NCBI RefSeq assembly: GCF_018350175.1
Contig: NC_058368.1
Location: 75,704,001-75,768,000, forward strand
Source: Felis catus
Taxonomy: Eukaryota
Reading direction: 5' to 3'
Length of the DNA: 64,000 bases
Shown here: positions 13,213 to 24,090 of the stretch, in pieces
How the letters are laid out: the number at the start of each line of letters is the position of its first letter
How positions within the stretch are numbered: the first letter of the stretch is position 1
Translations under genes and position numbers: made by a program
The notes under the pieces: generated by a model
What the model saw: the letters and a program-made list of their open reading frames with translations, nothing else
What the model was told of the DNA's origin: nothing
Databases searched by the model: none

Positions 13213-14430
13213 TAGTGAAACCTTGGATTGTGAGCAACTCGTTCTGTAAGCATTCTACAAGATGAGCAAACATTTCTAATAAATTTTAACTTGATAAACT
13301 AGCGACATCTTGCAAGGCAAGTAGCATGTGATGGCAAACATCAAATGATCACAACTGAGCCAATGGTTCTTCTCTCCCTCGCTCGCTGGGGGATTGTGGG
13401 TGATCGTCTCCCTTGCTCCGATGCTCCATCTCAGGCTGCGGTGTTCGGCAGAAATCAGTGATTTTTCAAAATGTTGGCACTAGTGTATGTTTGGTCATTT
13501 CAGAGCACCTATGGACCATCCTTTGCTTTCTCACACAACAGTAGGCTTAGAAATGCTTTGCTTCATTCTGGGTCAGGCTGCCTGCAGATACAGACCCTTT
13601 CCTCTGCTGCCTTATTGCCACTTACATTCAATACAGTCTAGGACAAGAGTTGATTAATACAGTACCATAATCAACATCCGTGTGAGCATATAGAATGGCC
13701 CCCACGCAAAAAGAGATTGAAAAGAAAGGTGGTAAGAAGAAGGAGACGATTATGGTGGAAGTTAAGAAGGAAATCACTGAGAAGTACAAATGAGGTACGC
13801 AAGTGGCCAAAATTGCAAGATTTTATAAGAAGTCGACATCTGCATCTCGTCTGCAGAGGGGGAGGATAAAAAGGAGGAGGAATCCTTCATTTCAAATGAG
13901 ATTAGAGAGACGTGTAAAATGGGGGAAACAGGGCAAACGTTTGTAGAAAAGCACCACCCGAATAAGCCTGTAGCAGTGCGAGCGATGAACCTGTTTAACA
14001 ACAATGCAATGTCACACTTCCACGAAATCCTCAAAAGGAGGCAAAAGCAAGTGTCATTGGATATGTTCCTTATTAAAATTGCATGAAAAGAAAAAGATTC
14101 CATTGAGCCAAGAGATGTCAGTGAGTCCCTAACTGATAGTGACAGTCATCTTACACAGTAACCCTCCTCTCTCGTCTCCCTCACACCAGCCATGAAGGTT
14201 TTCAAAGGTAAGTGCAGGTTCATTTGTTTATTTTTCTTTATGATTTGTATTTTTCTTATTATTTTATATTATATTACAGTATTGTAATCATTTTTATATG
14301 AATGTTTTTGGGTTGTGGAATGAATCATCTGAGTGTCCATTATTTCTTATGGGGCAATTTGCTTTGATATACAAGTGCTTTGGATTACAAGCATTTTTCC
14401 AGAATGAATTATGCTCACAATTGTTTACTA
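13213..14430 (+). mobile_element. Tigger/pogo-family (Tc1-mariner superfamily) non-autonomous internal-deletion element
   Basis: Imperfect TIRs (left TAGTGAAACCTTGGATTGTGAGCAACTCGTTC; right, reverse complement, TAGTAAACAATTGTGAGCATAATTCATTC); TA-repeat flanks; transposase remnants inside. Confidence 0.85.
13695..14086 (+). pseudogene. Tigger transposase remnant: N-terminal HTH joined out of frame to C-terminal segment, DDE core deleted
   Basis: ATG 13695: MAPTQKEIEKKGGKKKETIMVEVKKEITEKYK*GTQVAKIARFYKKSTS (CENP-B/psq-type HTH, TGA at 13791); second frame EEESFISNEIRETCKMGETGQTFVEKHHPNKPVAVRAMNLFNNNAMSHFHEILKRRQKQVSLDMFLIKIA* (Tigger-like KQ.SLD.F C-terminal motif). Confidence 0.85.
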
Positions 14431-14525
14431 TATATATATATATATATATATAATATGTATATAAATTATTTAGCTATTATTTATACATACATATACACAT
14501 ATACATACAGTATGTACACATATAC
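14431..14525. repeat. (TA)n-rich microsatellite at the right flank of the Tigger; a partner tract lies at ~13176-13206
   Basis: TATATATA runs abut both ends of the element. Confidence 0.9.
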
Positions 14526-15509
14526 GGTCTGAAGATATCATCCAGACTCAAATATGCTGCAGATGTTAGAACCATCAAACAAAGGATATAAAATAAATAC
14601 AACAAGGGATGAAAAATTCCAGTGTAAAAGGTAGATGACATATAAGGTCAGAGAGTTAATTTAGATAAAGAAATGTAAACTATAAGAAAGAATGAAATGG
14701 AAAGTTATAATAGGAAACAAGTCAACAGAGATGAAGAATGCCTTCAATTTGCTCATGGTCAGACTTAACACAGTCTAGGAAATCAGCAGTGAGCTGGAAG
14801 ATAGAAAAATGGGAATGAGACAAATGGAAATTTAACCAGTAAAACAGAGCAAAATAAAAATCATAGAGAATTCAAGAGCAGTGGAATGATGTCATACAGT
14901 CTAGTATATTAGTAGCCTTAGAAGGATAAGAATGTGAGTGCTTCGCAGGAGAAATACTGGACGAAATAATGGCTGTGAATTTTACAAATTCCTGATAGAC
15001 ACCATACTAGAAAGCTAAGGTTCACTCAATATACAAAACTTGAAAGATAGCAAAACAAACAAAAATGCCAAACACACCTAATTATTTACACTTCAGAAAC
15101 CAAAGACAACAGAAAATCTTGAATGCAGCCAGAGGGACAAAAAATTCTATCCAAAGGAATAAGGATCAAATCAGAGCCCACTTTTTATCAGCAACCACAT
15201 AAGCAAGAAGTCAAAGAAATTAAGTGGTTGACGTGCTAAAAGAAAAACGAACTCTTAACCCGTAATTCTATGTACACTTTGAAAATACACTTCAAATGTG
15301 AGGGAAAATACTTTCACAAACAAAAATAGGAAATTCATTGTCAGAAGATGTGCTCTACAAAAATATGTTGAAGGAAATTCTCTAAGCAGCAGAAAAGTGA
15401 CATTGACTGAAAGTTTAACCCACTCAAAACGGTAGAACATCAAAATGGGATAAATAATGGTGAAATACATTTTTCTCATTTTTTATTGCTGTCAAAAGTA
15501 ACGACTTTT

Positions 15510-15734
15510 TTTTTTATAAATTTTTTTTTCAACGTTTTTATTTATTTTTGGGACAGAGAGAGACAGAGCATGAACGGGGGAGGGGCAGAGAGAGAGGGAG
15601 ACACAGAATCGGAAACAGGCTCCAGGCTCCGAGCCATCAGCCCAGAGCCTGATGCGGGGCTCGAACTCACGGGCCGCGAGATCGTGACCTGGCTGAAGTC
15701 GGACGCTTAACCGACTGCGCCACCCAGGCGCCCC
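15510..15734 (-). mobile_element. Young felid Can-SINE (SINEC_Fc)
   Basis: Near-identical to the 12090 copy; TSD AAAAGTAAC(G/C)ACTTTT at 15494 and 15735. Confidence 0.98.
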
Positions 15735-16936
15735 AAAAGTAACCACTTTTTAAAACAAAATTTGTATTCAAGTATTTTGCTTTTATATAGAAAACTGAAA
15801 TATATGACAAACCTAAGCACAAGGGGTGGAAGAGAGGAATTGATTATGTACTTTTGCAAGGATTTTATACTACATGTGACTCTGTATAACATTATTTGCA
15901 TTTAAATTCAGATAATTTAAAAATGTGTATTGTAAACCCTAGGACAGTCACTGAAATAGACTTTTTAAAAGTTATATTTTTTAAAAGTTAATCGAAAAGA
16001 TTGAACTGGAATTATTCAAAAAAAAAATTCTCCATTCAGACCAGGAAAGGCATAATAAAGGGGAAAGGGGGAAACAAAGAATAAATGGAACAAATAAAAA
16101 ATAGCTAGCAAAAAGGTACAGTTTAATTTAACCATTGTCATATTAAACATAAAGGATCTAACCACACGAGTTAAAGCGTAGAGATTGTAAGATTCAAATA
16201 GATGTAAAATCAATTAAGCAAATTTGACAAAATAATTACATGTAATGGGATAATTTGACATTGTTAAGTGACTATATTTGGTTATTTTTCTTATATTTTA
16301 AGTATCAAACCAGACACAAATCCATTTTTAAAATATAGTTTTGGTCCCATATTATTCATTTGGTCACTGAAAAATCATTAAAAATTAACTGAAATGAAAA
16401 TTTAAGTCATATTTCCTTTTTTAATTGATTATTTTCATTTTGGATACTACTAAGATAATACAAAAAACATTTCAAAATCTCTCCATCCTTTCAGAAGGAT
16501 CATATTATTTTTGCCTACTTTCCTCTGTTCATGGAAAGATAGGAATATAATTGCAATTATCCCACTATGTAGACTAATCAATGCTCATAATTCTTGCTGA
16601 CAATTCTAGCTAAATTATTATGAAAGTTTTCTGCTGGGCATAGAACCATTAAAAAAAAGAAGCTAAAGTTCAAGGTATATGGAATAATTAAATAGGGTAT
16701 ATTAGCACAAATTCAAGCATAATCTTATTACATATTAACTACATTTGAGAAAGTTTATATATAGTTACACAGAAAGGCAATTGCTTCATTAAGATTTTCC
16801 TTAAATTCATCGCCTTATTTTTTTTCCTTTGATATTATTAGGTAAATTGGCTTCAACACACATATTGTCCAATGTGCCAGGAAGGTCAGAAACACTTTCC
16901 ATAATAATGAAATCCTGTTAATATGAGTATGTCATA

Positions 16937-17087
16937 GGGGCACTTGGGTGGCTCAGTCTGTTAAGTGTCTGACTCCTGGCTTTGTTTTGTTTCAGGTCAA
17001 GGTCTCATGGCTTCGTGGGTTCAAGCCCCACTACAGGCTCTGAGTTGTCTCTGTCTCTCTCAAAATAAATAAATAACTTTAACAAAT
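16937..17087 (+). mobile_element. Internally shortened Can-SINE with 16-bp TSD
   Basis: TSD ATATGAGTATGTCATA at 16921-16936 and 17088-17103; central AGCCTG...GATTCT segment absent. Confidence 0.9.
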
Positions 17088-18149
17088 ATATGAGTATGTC
17101 ATAATGAGAGGAGGCAGAATTTTCAAACCTTAGTATTTGAAGACTGTGAGCTCCCGGAAATATGTACACAATCTGCAGAATTGAAGACTGAGAATGAATT
17201 TAATAATTTTGACGACTACTTTCAAATGTTTAAATCATTAATAAGACATTAGGAACATCGTTCTTATAAAGCTTTGCCAATTGATTATTATGTTTTCATG
17301 GATAATATAAAGCACAGATTAACTGACCAATACACTCTGGGTTTCTGTTGTTATTTTTTTAAGCAGATTTGTCTTAGAAACAAATACTGTATTCAGTACA
17401 AATAATAAATGAAAATTAATAGTATACAGGTCCTTTTAACACAAGGGCTGTGTCGTGTAGTAGAAAAAAAAAATCTATGAATAAAATTAGGACACAGCTA
17501 CTCTACAAGAAAGCATACAAAAAGTGCCAAATGTACTTTCTTTGTTGGGACAGAGAGGAAACATTACATTTACCCAAGATAATCTTACTCTAGTGGATTT
17601 TTATTCACCGTGTTCCATGAAGAAACGTAGATATCATCCAAAGGAAACTAAATCTGTGGGCAAGTTATTAAGTGTCATTGTCATGATATACTTTTCTACC
17701 TCCTATAATTACCTTTCTTTCTCTACCCTGGGCAATCAAATCAAATCAGAATTGAAAGCACCAATTCAATTCTGTCATCCTGTTCCATTGTATGGGGGCT
17801 GATCCTATTGTGAACCAAAACTCTAAGCAGCCTGGAAATGACAGAAACTTAAATTATTACAGCCCCGATTACTTATTTACCTTCTTATTAATTTCTTTTC
17901 ATGGTTGTTTCAATCTTAAGAGGGAATTATCCTGCTTTGTAATTGGCTCCAGGATTTTACTGGACTCCACAAAACAAGCGTTTACCTCCTAACTGTGGCA
18001 AGTTCTGCTACGGACATGGGGAGGGACCAAAAAGATGCTCTGCCATCAAAAAACCTCAGAGACTGAAAGAGAAACAGATATAAAAATATTTTTACGATAG
18101 CATGGGATTTGTTCTAATAAAAGCAAGGATTAGGCGTTAAGAAAATATG

Positions 18150-18560
18150 ACAGGAGGCGGCCTTGGGTGGTGTCAGGCTGTCAAGGAAGGCACTCGTGAT
18201 AATGGTCTGACACTCAGTGCAGCGGTAGCCTTGGTTGGGGACAACAGTCACTTCCTAGACAGAAGGGGCGGCCTTCCCGAGGATCCCAGAAACGGGGTAA
18301 ATCCAGGGTAAATCCAGAAATCACAAGCAATCCCGTATAGATTGGCAAAGGAGACATGTAGGTCGGGGCCACATCATGGAGGCGTTCCGATGCTACCAAC
18401 AATAAGGCTAGTTTTGTCTTCTGAGAAATAAGGAGTTGCTGATGAGTTTGACAACAGGGCATGGTGTGTCTACAGCCACTGTGACAGTCCCACGCTCTGG
18501 GCACAGAAATGAGTTTGCCAGGCAACAGATGAGTGGGTGCCGAAAGTCAGTCTTCATCCT
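18150..18560. mobile_element. Probable L2 relic
   Basis: GTCAAGGAAGGCACTC...CAGAAGGGGCGGC...GGGGCCACATCATGGAGG pattern typical of decayed L2. Confidence 0.45.
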
Positions 18561-21500
18561 GCCCAGCCATCTGTGCACTCTGGCAGCAGGCTGCTTAACC
18601 CGGAGGGGAAAAAGCACACTTTCTTTGTAATCCTTGGGCAAAAGGAATGCCTCTTTGAAATGTGGTTAGAGACACGGAGATTTGATCGTTGTAATGGCCC
18701 GGTGAAGAAAGACTTTTCTCTATTTTAGATTGAAACTACTGAAGCTCGGAAGGGTTAACACTCAAGAAAACTAAAAGGTGTCCCTGAAATACTTTGTATG
18801 TAATACCAGCACAAGTCAACAAATCTTTCAAGAATTCTTTCTCAGCACAGAGGCCCACAGAGGAATACCAAAGGATCAGAGCCTAGCTGACCTGGAAATT
18901 CCACATTTGCTGTGAAATGACAAGTGTTAATATCTGTATAAAATTTGCGTCCACACACTCTATAGACTGAGATTGAACATTCTAGATATCTCCATGTTTT
19001 TCTTTATGAAGGTGCTCCAAATTTGCTGTGGAAAAAAAACACCCACAAAAGCAACTGAAACCCAACACTAAAATGTATCCTTTGAAACAGGAGCCTTAAA
19101 GAAGGAAGTATTAAAGGCAACTTAAATTGGTGCAACATGTGAATTTTCAACATAAGAAACTGCTTGCTGTGCCCTCGTTCATATCGATGCACAGGTTGAT
19201 AGGCACCTGTTATTGGTTGTGCCACCATTCCGGGATCAGAAGTGACCACCAGGGGCTGGTGACTGTAGTCCTAATTGGGATACGTTACCTCCTCAGGCTG
19301 ATGTTTTCTGCGACTCACTCATTTTATTTTCTGTTTCAAAACTGTTGCCTTTGGGAACTGGCTATGCTGTGATTGTACTTGTCTTTTTGTTTTGCATTCT
19401 TTTTACGTTTGTAATCGCACCCAGAATGCAACGTTTATGTTCAGCAAAACTAGGTCTTCATCCACTTGGTGCCATAGACCCCTTATATGTCCCTCCATGA
19501 ACTCATTCCCATACTCTGTAACTCATGCTCACACTCTGGTAAAAGGTGTTCTGATTGCTAACTCACGTATTTCCTTCTTAATTTAACAATCCTTGATTAG
19601 ACCCATATCAAAAGTACTCGTTATGAAAGCCAATGTTTCAAACTTCCCTGGGTGTTCAGAAAAATGCTCATCTCTGTATCAGATGTAACTTCATGCTATT
19701 GATAAACATGCAAGCACTCATTGTTTTCTACTCAACATCTCTCTCCTATTTGACAAAACGATTATGAGCAGAAATGTCTTTCCTCTGTTGCAAAGTCAAG
19801 AAGTTCAAGGAAATGGTGAACACCTGAGCCAGGTCCTGTTTCTTTCTGCTAAGAGACTGTTCTCAGATATAGCACTTGAAGAAAGCATGAGGCTATGTCT
19901 TTCGTCTCTACTCAAAGGCTGAGCAATTGTTCTTTTGTTCAAACTTCTAACAGAAGTCAGAAAATTAGACTGTATTACGAATGAAACTGTGGACGAGAGA
20001 CAATGAGAGTCACTCTGATCAGACATGATATCCTACATAATAAAACCACACAGAAACATGATGTAAGGTAAGAACATAGAAGATGGTTTTTTAATCAACT
20101 ATCACATAATAGCCTGACTTCATTATTTTAATCATGAGTCAACTCTCTACACTGAGAAGATCTAAAAAGGTCAAGAAGCTTTGTAAGTATCATGGACGGG
20201 AAGGCCTAACTGTCTTCAGTTTGAATATGGAAGGTGACATAAAATTAGGAGAGCCACGATCCCAAGAAGTGTAAAACAGGGAAAGGTACATAAGCTTATG
20301 CAGTCTTGGTGAATGGACCATATCCTGGCCTAATGAAATTATTTGTTGACCTCTGAAATTGACGTGACATTCCATGCTTCTGACCTATGCACACACCATC
20401 TCTTCCGCTTAGGGTGATGTGATGCATGTCTACTTGGCAAAGTCCCACCCATCTTACAAGAGGGATGTAAGGGCCACCTCCTCCAGGAAACCTCTAGGAT
20501 CCTCTTTGCTGGGGGATGATAACCTGTGCATGTCAGCAACTGTGAGTAATTATTGCATCACCGGATAAAACTCAAAAATTAAAAAACTGATCAACACATC
20601 CCAGAGTGACTGATTCATTTTAAAATGGGAAATATATTACCTTCGGAAAAGATAAAAGCAAAAGATATTTTATAATAAAAGTCATAAGCGCATAAAACAC
20701 TGATGATTTATAGGGGCCAATGATGTAAAGAGGCTAAAGGTAAAATTTACAGACCTAGGGAGCTGGAGCAACAATAAAGAAGACGAGATAGCTTTTTAGG
20801 GTGTTTATATAACATTTGTGAATACTGTAGACTTTTTCCAAGTTTTTCCATGGCATGACTTTTAGAAACTAAACTATCCAGTAGACTTTTTCTACCTTTC
20901 TTTGTTTCAAATGTGCAATCATATTTTAGGTGTTCTCATATTAGAATTTATTGCAATTTCTTAAATTTCAGGGATAGAACATAATGTATGTCACTGACAA
21001 CGTTTCTATGCGTTAAACTATTTTTCCTTGTTAGCATTGCTGGCAATCGGACAATTTAACATATATTAAACATCACTTTGCTTTGTTAATTCAATACTTT
21101 TAATATTTATTCCCACTAATAATATTTTAGCCAACTAAATTTTTAACTAATATGGTAGTCGTTTAAAATGCATTAAGTAAGGAAAACTGTCGGTCCCTGT
21201 AACTGGGTTTTTCCTGAGATAAATCGCATGAGAGTTTTATCAGATGAATTTCTGGACTGTAATAACCATGGTTATACTCATATGACAGATGTAATGTGAA
21301 CTATTAATCTGACTGTATAGGATTTCTCTTCAATTACCAATCAGTATTAATCTCAGCAAGTTCCAAGGGCACTCTCACCTTCCAAGATCACTGATGTGTT
21401 ATAAAATTCGTAACCCCGTCTTTAATATGTTCCCAGCAGCACCCAGAATGGTATTAGTTAACATCAATATTTTAAAAATAGCTTATTATATTGCTGACTC

Positions 21501-21994
21501 CGTTCTCTCCATAAAGGTTAAGACTTGATAGTACAAGTCCTAAAAATAAGCAAGTTAAATTTTTCACTTTTCTTTAAATAATGTACTTTAATCTACATTG
21601 GCTGAAAACTCACATTTCCTCATCACAATCTAAACAAATGAAAAGATACGCAGCGTGAGTGTCCTTCTCTCTCTCTCTTTCTCTGCAGTGTACTTGAAAG
21701 TGCCCTCCAGAGCCTCTTGGAGCAGAATTCCTAAGGGGGCCTTTGCCTGGGGGATAGTGCGGAGGACTGTTTGGTTTTCAGTTTTTGTTAATATGCAGCT
21801 TTTGAGCTTAGGACCACAGGCTACACCGATACAAAGTATGAGTGAAAAAGGAGCCTGGCTGATGCTAAGGAGACAGAAGCACAAAGATGTGGATTCACGA
21901 GGCAGTGCACATTCACCCAATCCTTTCAGCCAATCTCACTGCAGTACCAACCAAACCGCCATTTGTAAGTGTCAGATAACTTTGGTCAGAGTTG

Positions 21995-21996
<2 letters not shown>

Positions 21997-22028
<32 letters not shown>
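21997..22028. repeat. (GT)n microsatellite
   Basis: ~16 GT units. Confidence 0.97.
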
Positions 22029-22029
<1 letters not shown>

Positions 22030-22648
22030 TCTATTTAATCCTTACAGTAGCATGACCTGTGTTTATCAAATGAGGAGGGGATCACCCAGCACAAGACTGG
22101 CTATGAATTAAATCCCAGACTCTCTGACTCCAATCCTTCCTAGTCACTATACCTTGTAGGAGGCGTATGTAGTTTCATAACCAAGGTGCACTTCACATTG
22201 AGATGAAGTTCAAAGTCAGATGTTAAAATAAAAACTGCTAAAATTGAAAAATCATCAGTTCAATCTCAAACCATCTTTTAATCACCAGGGCTTGGAGACT
22301 TGGCATCTAATTTTGCAAGTATAACTTTTTTTCCCCCAAGTATTTTCTCTTTTGCGTGGGTGAAGGGGACTATAAGTGGATGAACTGGAAAGGGAAAGAG
22401 GGATATTAGCCGAACAAGTCCCCTCCTTCTCTTTCACCCTCTCTCTTATATTCCGGGGCACTAGCCAATCCTTCTCTCCTCAGTCACAGGGACCCATGAT
22501 ATTGACTCTTCATGGTCTATTCATTGAGGTAATGCAAGTCATTTTAGGTCTTGATCCCTAAATTACTCTTGACATTTACTGTTTGTTCCATTGCCAATGA
22601 CAATGGCAGGATACTTTTTGCTAGGTTTCCATTCTGAAAATACTTCTG

Positions 22649-22683
22649 TTTTTTTTTCTTTTTTTGAGAGAGGGAGAATGGGG

Positions 22684-22731
<48 letters not shown>

Positions 22732-22842
22732 ATCTCAAGCAGGCTGCATGCCCGTTGTGGAGACCTACTCAGGGCTTCATCTCACGACCTGAGCCGAAAT
22801 CAAGAGTCGGTCGCTTACCTGACTAAGCCACCCAGGTACCCC
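22649..22842 (-). mobile_element. Older Can-SINE with expanded (AG)n tract
   Basis: Antisense head ending CCCAGGTACCCC; TSD TGAAAATA(C/G)TTCT. Confidence 0.9.
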
Positions 22843-23429
22843 TGAAAATAGTTCTTTAATCAAAATTCATAAGTTTTCTTAAGTGAAAAAGAAAACAAAT
22901 AGAGCGGCAACATAAATTAATTCATTATTAATCCGGCTTGATTTGAAATTGAATACAAATGCAAATTACTACTAAATAAACAAAAATCATTTTTTCCCAC
23001 GTGGCCACCTGTCTGCTATGGAATACAAGTACAGACATTAATACCTCCAGGTTTTGGGTGGCAGCAAAATATAATTGTTGGAAAAGGTTTTCAGAAATGC
23101 GTTTTCTACAAACAGCTCTGTACTGAAATATCACAATGTAAGCAAATCTCGAAATCTTTTATTTTCACCCACTGAACGTGGGTGTTAGTTCATAGCTGTC
23201 ATTAGGAGAATTTTTATGTATGTGCGTATATGTATGTATCTACGTTGGCCTTTGGGAAATCAAATATATTTTGATTATTTTTTCAAGAAATATATTTCTT
23301 CTTGAAACATTATAGTAAGATGTGTTGCCATAATACTTGGTTACTTTTAAAAAGTAAGTACCATGTTTTCTCTGGCAGTTCTTCACAAGGTATGATAAAT
23401 TTCCAAATAGGAAATAGTGTTTAAGTTTT

Positions 23430-24090
23430 TACTTATCTTTTGCTGCCTACCAAATTACCCCCAGATGTACCGGCTTGAATGGTGGTAAACATATTGAAAT
23501 ATACGTGCTCAGATCAACACATACATCTTAAGTGTACGCAATGTTCTATGTCAATTACATCCCAATAAAATTGGAGGGAAAAAAAAAACCACACACCAAC
23601 CATTTCGTTTGCTCCCGATTCTGAGCTCGGGAACTCAGACCAGGCCCGGCAATGCAGTTCTGCAACTCCACGTGGTCTCCGTGGTCTCCGTGGGGGTTGC
23701 TTACGCAGCTGCACTGAGCTGGTGGCTGGAGGTTGCAAAATGGCCTGATTCCATGTGTGGCAGCTGCTGACGACTGCCTGCTGGGAGTTCTGCTAGGGCC
23801 GTCAACAGGTGAAGTGGCCTTACCTGTCCTCAATATGGCTGCTTGGATTTTCTCACAGCATCTTGACAGTCATCCACGTGCCTGAAAGCGGATTCTGCAC
23901 GTCCCCTAAAACCAGCCGTGGAGGTACCATAACTTCTCTCCTGGGGCAAATTATCATGCAAGATAAGTGACAGGTGCATCCGAGATGACCACAAGCAGTA
24001 GACCCCATTCACTTGCAAAGTGACCTTGCAAGAAGGCCTTCAGGATGGGGAGTATTGCTGTAGCCAGCTTTAAAATTCCAATCAGCCACA
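23430..24090 (-). mobile_element. Old MaLR LTR (MLT1G/H-like), interrupted by an L1 3' tail
   Basis: TGCTGC..CAAATTACCCCCA...GGCTT at one end; GCAGCTGCA..GAGCTGG internally; GCCAGCTT...AATCAGCCACA at the other end. Confidence 0.65.
23493..23588 (+). mobile_element. Short 5'-truncated L1 3' end
   Basis: ATGTTCTATGTCAATTACATCCCAATAAAATTGGAGGG followed by poly(A). Confidence 0.7.

Larger units (their letters stand above)
11960..16215 (+). mobile_element. Ancient L1 (L1M-type) 5' portion: 5'UTR, decayed ORF1, spacer and ORF2 start; interrupted by two SINEs and a Tigger
   Basis: ORF1-like coiled-coil remnant at ~14550-15400 (GAAATGGAAA...GAGATGAAGAATGCCTT...GAGCTGGAAGATAG); 16131-16200 reads TIVILNIKDLTTRVK..RL, resembling the L1 ORF2 start (IITLNVNGLN.PIKR.RL). 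5'UTR assignment is less certain. Confidence 0.7.

Noticed and set aside
19004..19270. Minus-strand ORF (..VVTSDPGMVAQPITGAYQPVHRYER..) with protein-like composition
   Set aside because: No polypyrimidine acceptor or good donor, upstream stops, no recognisable homology
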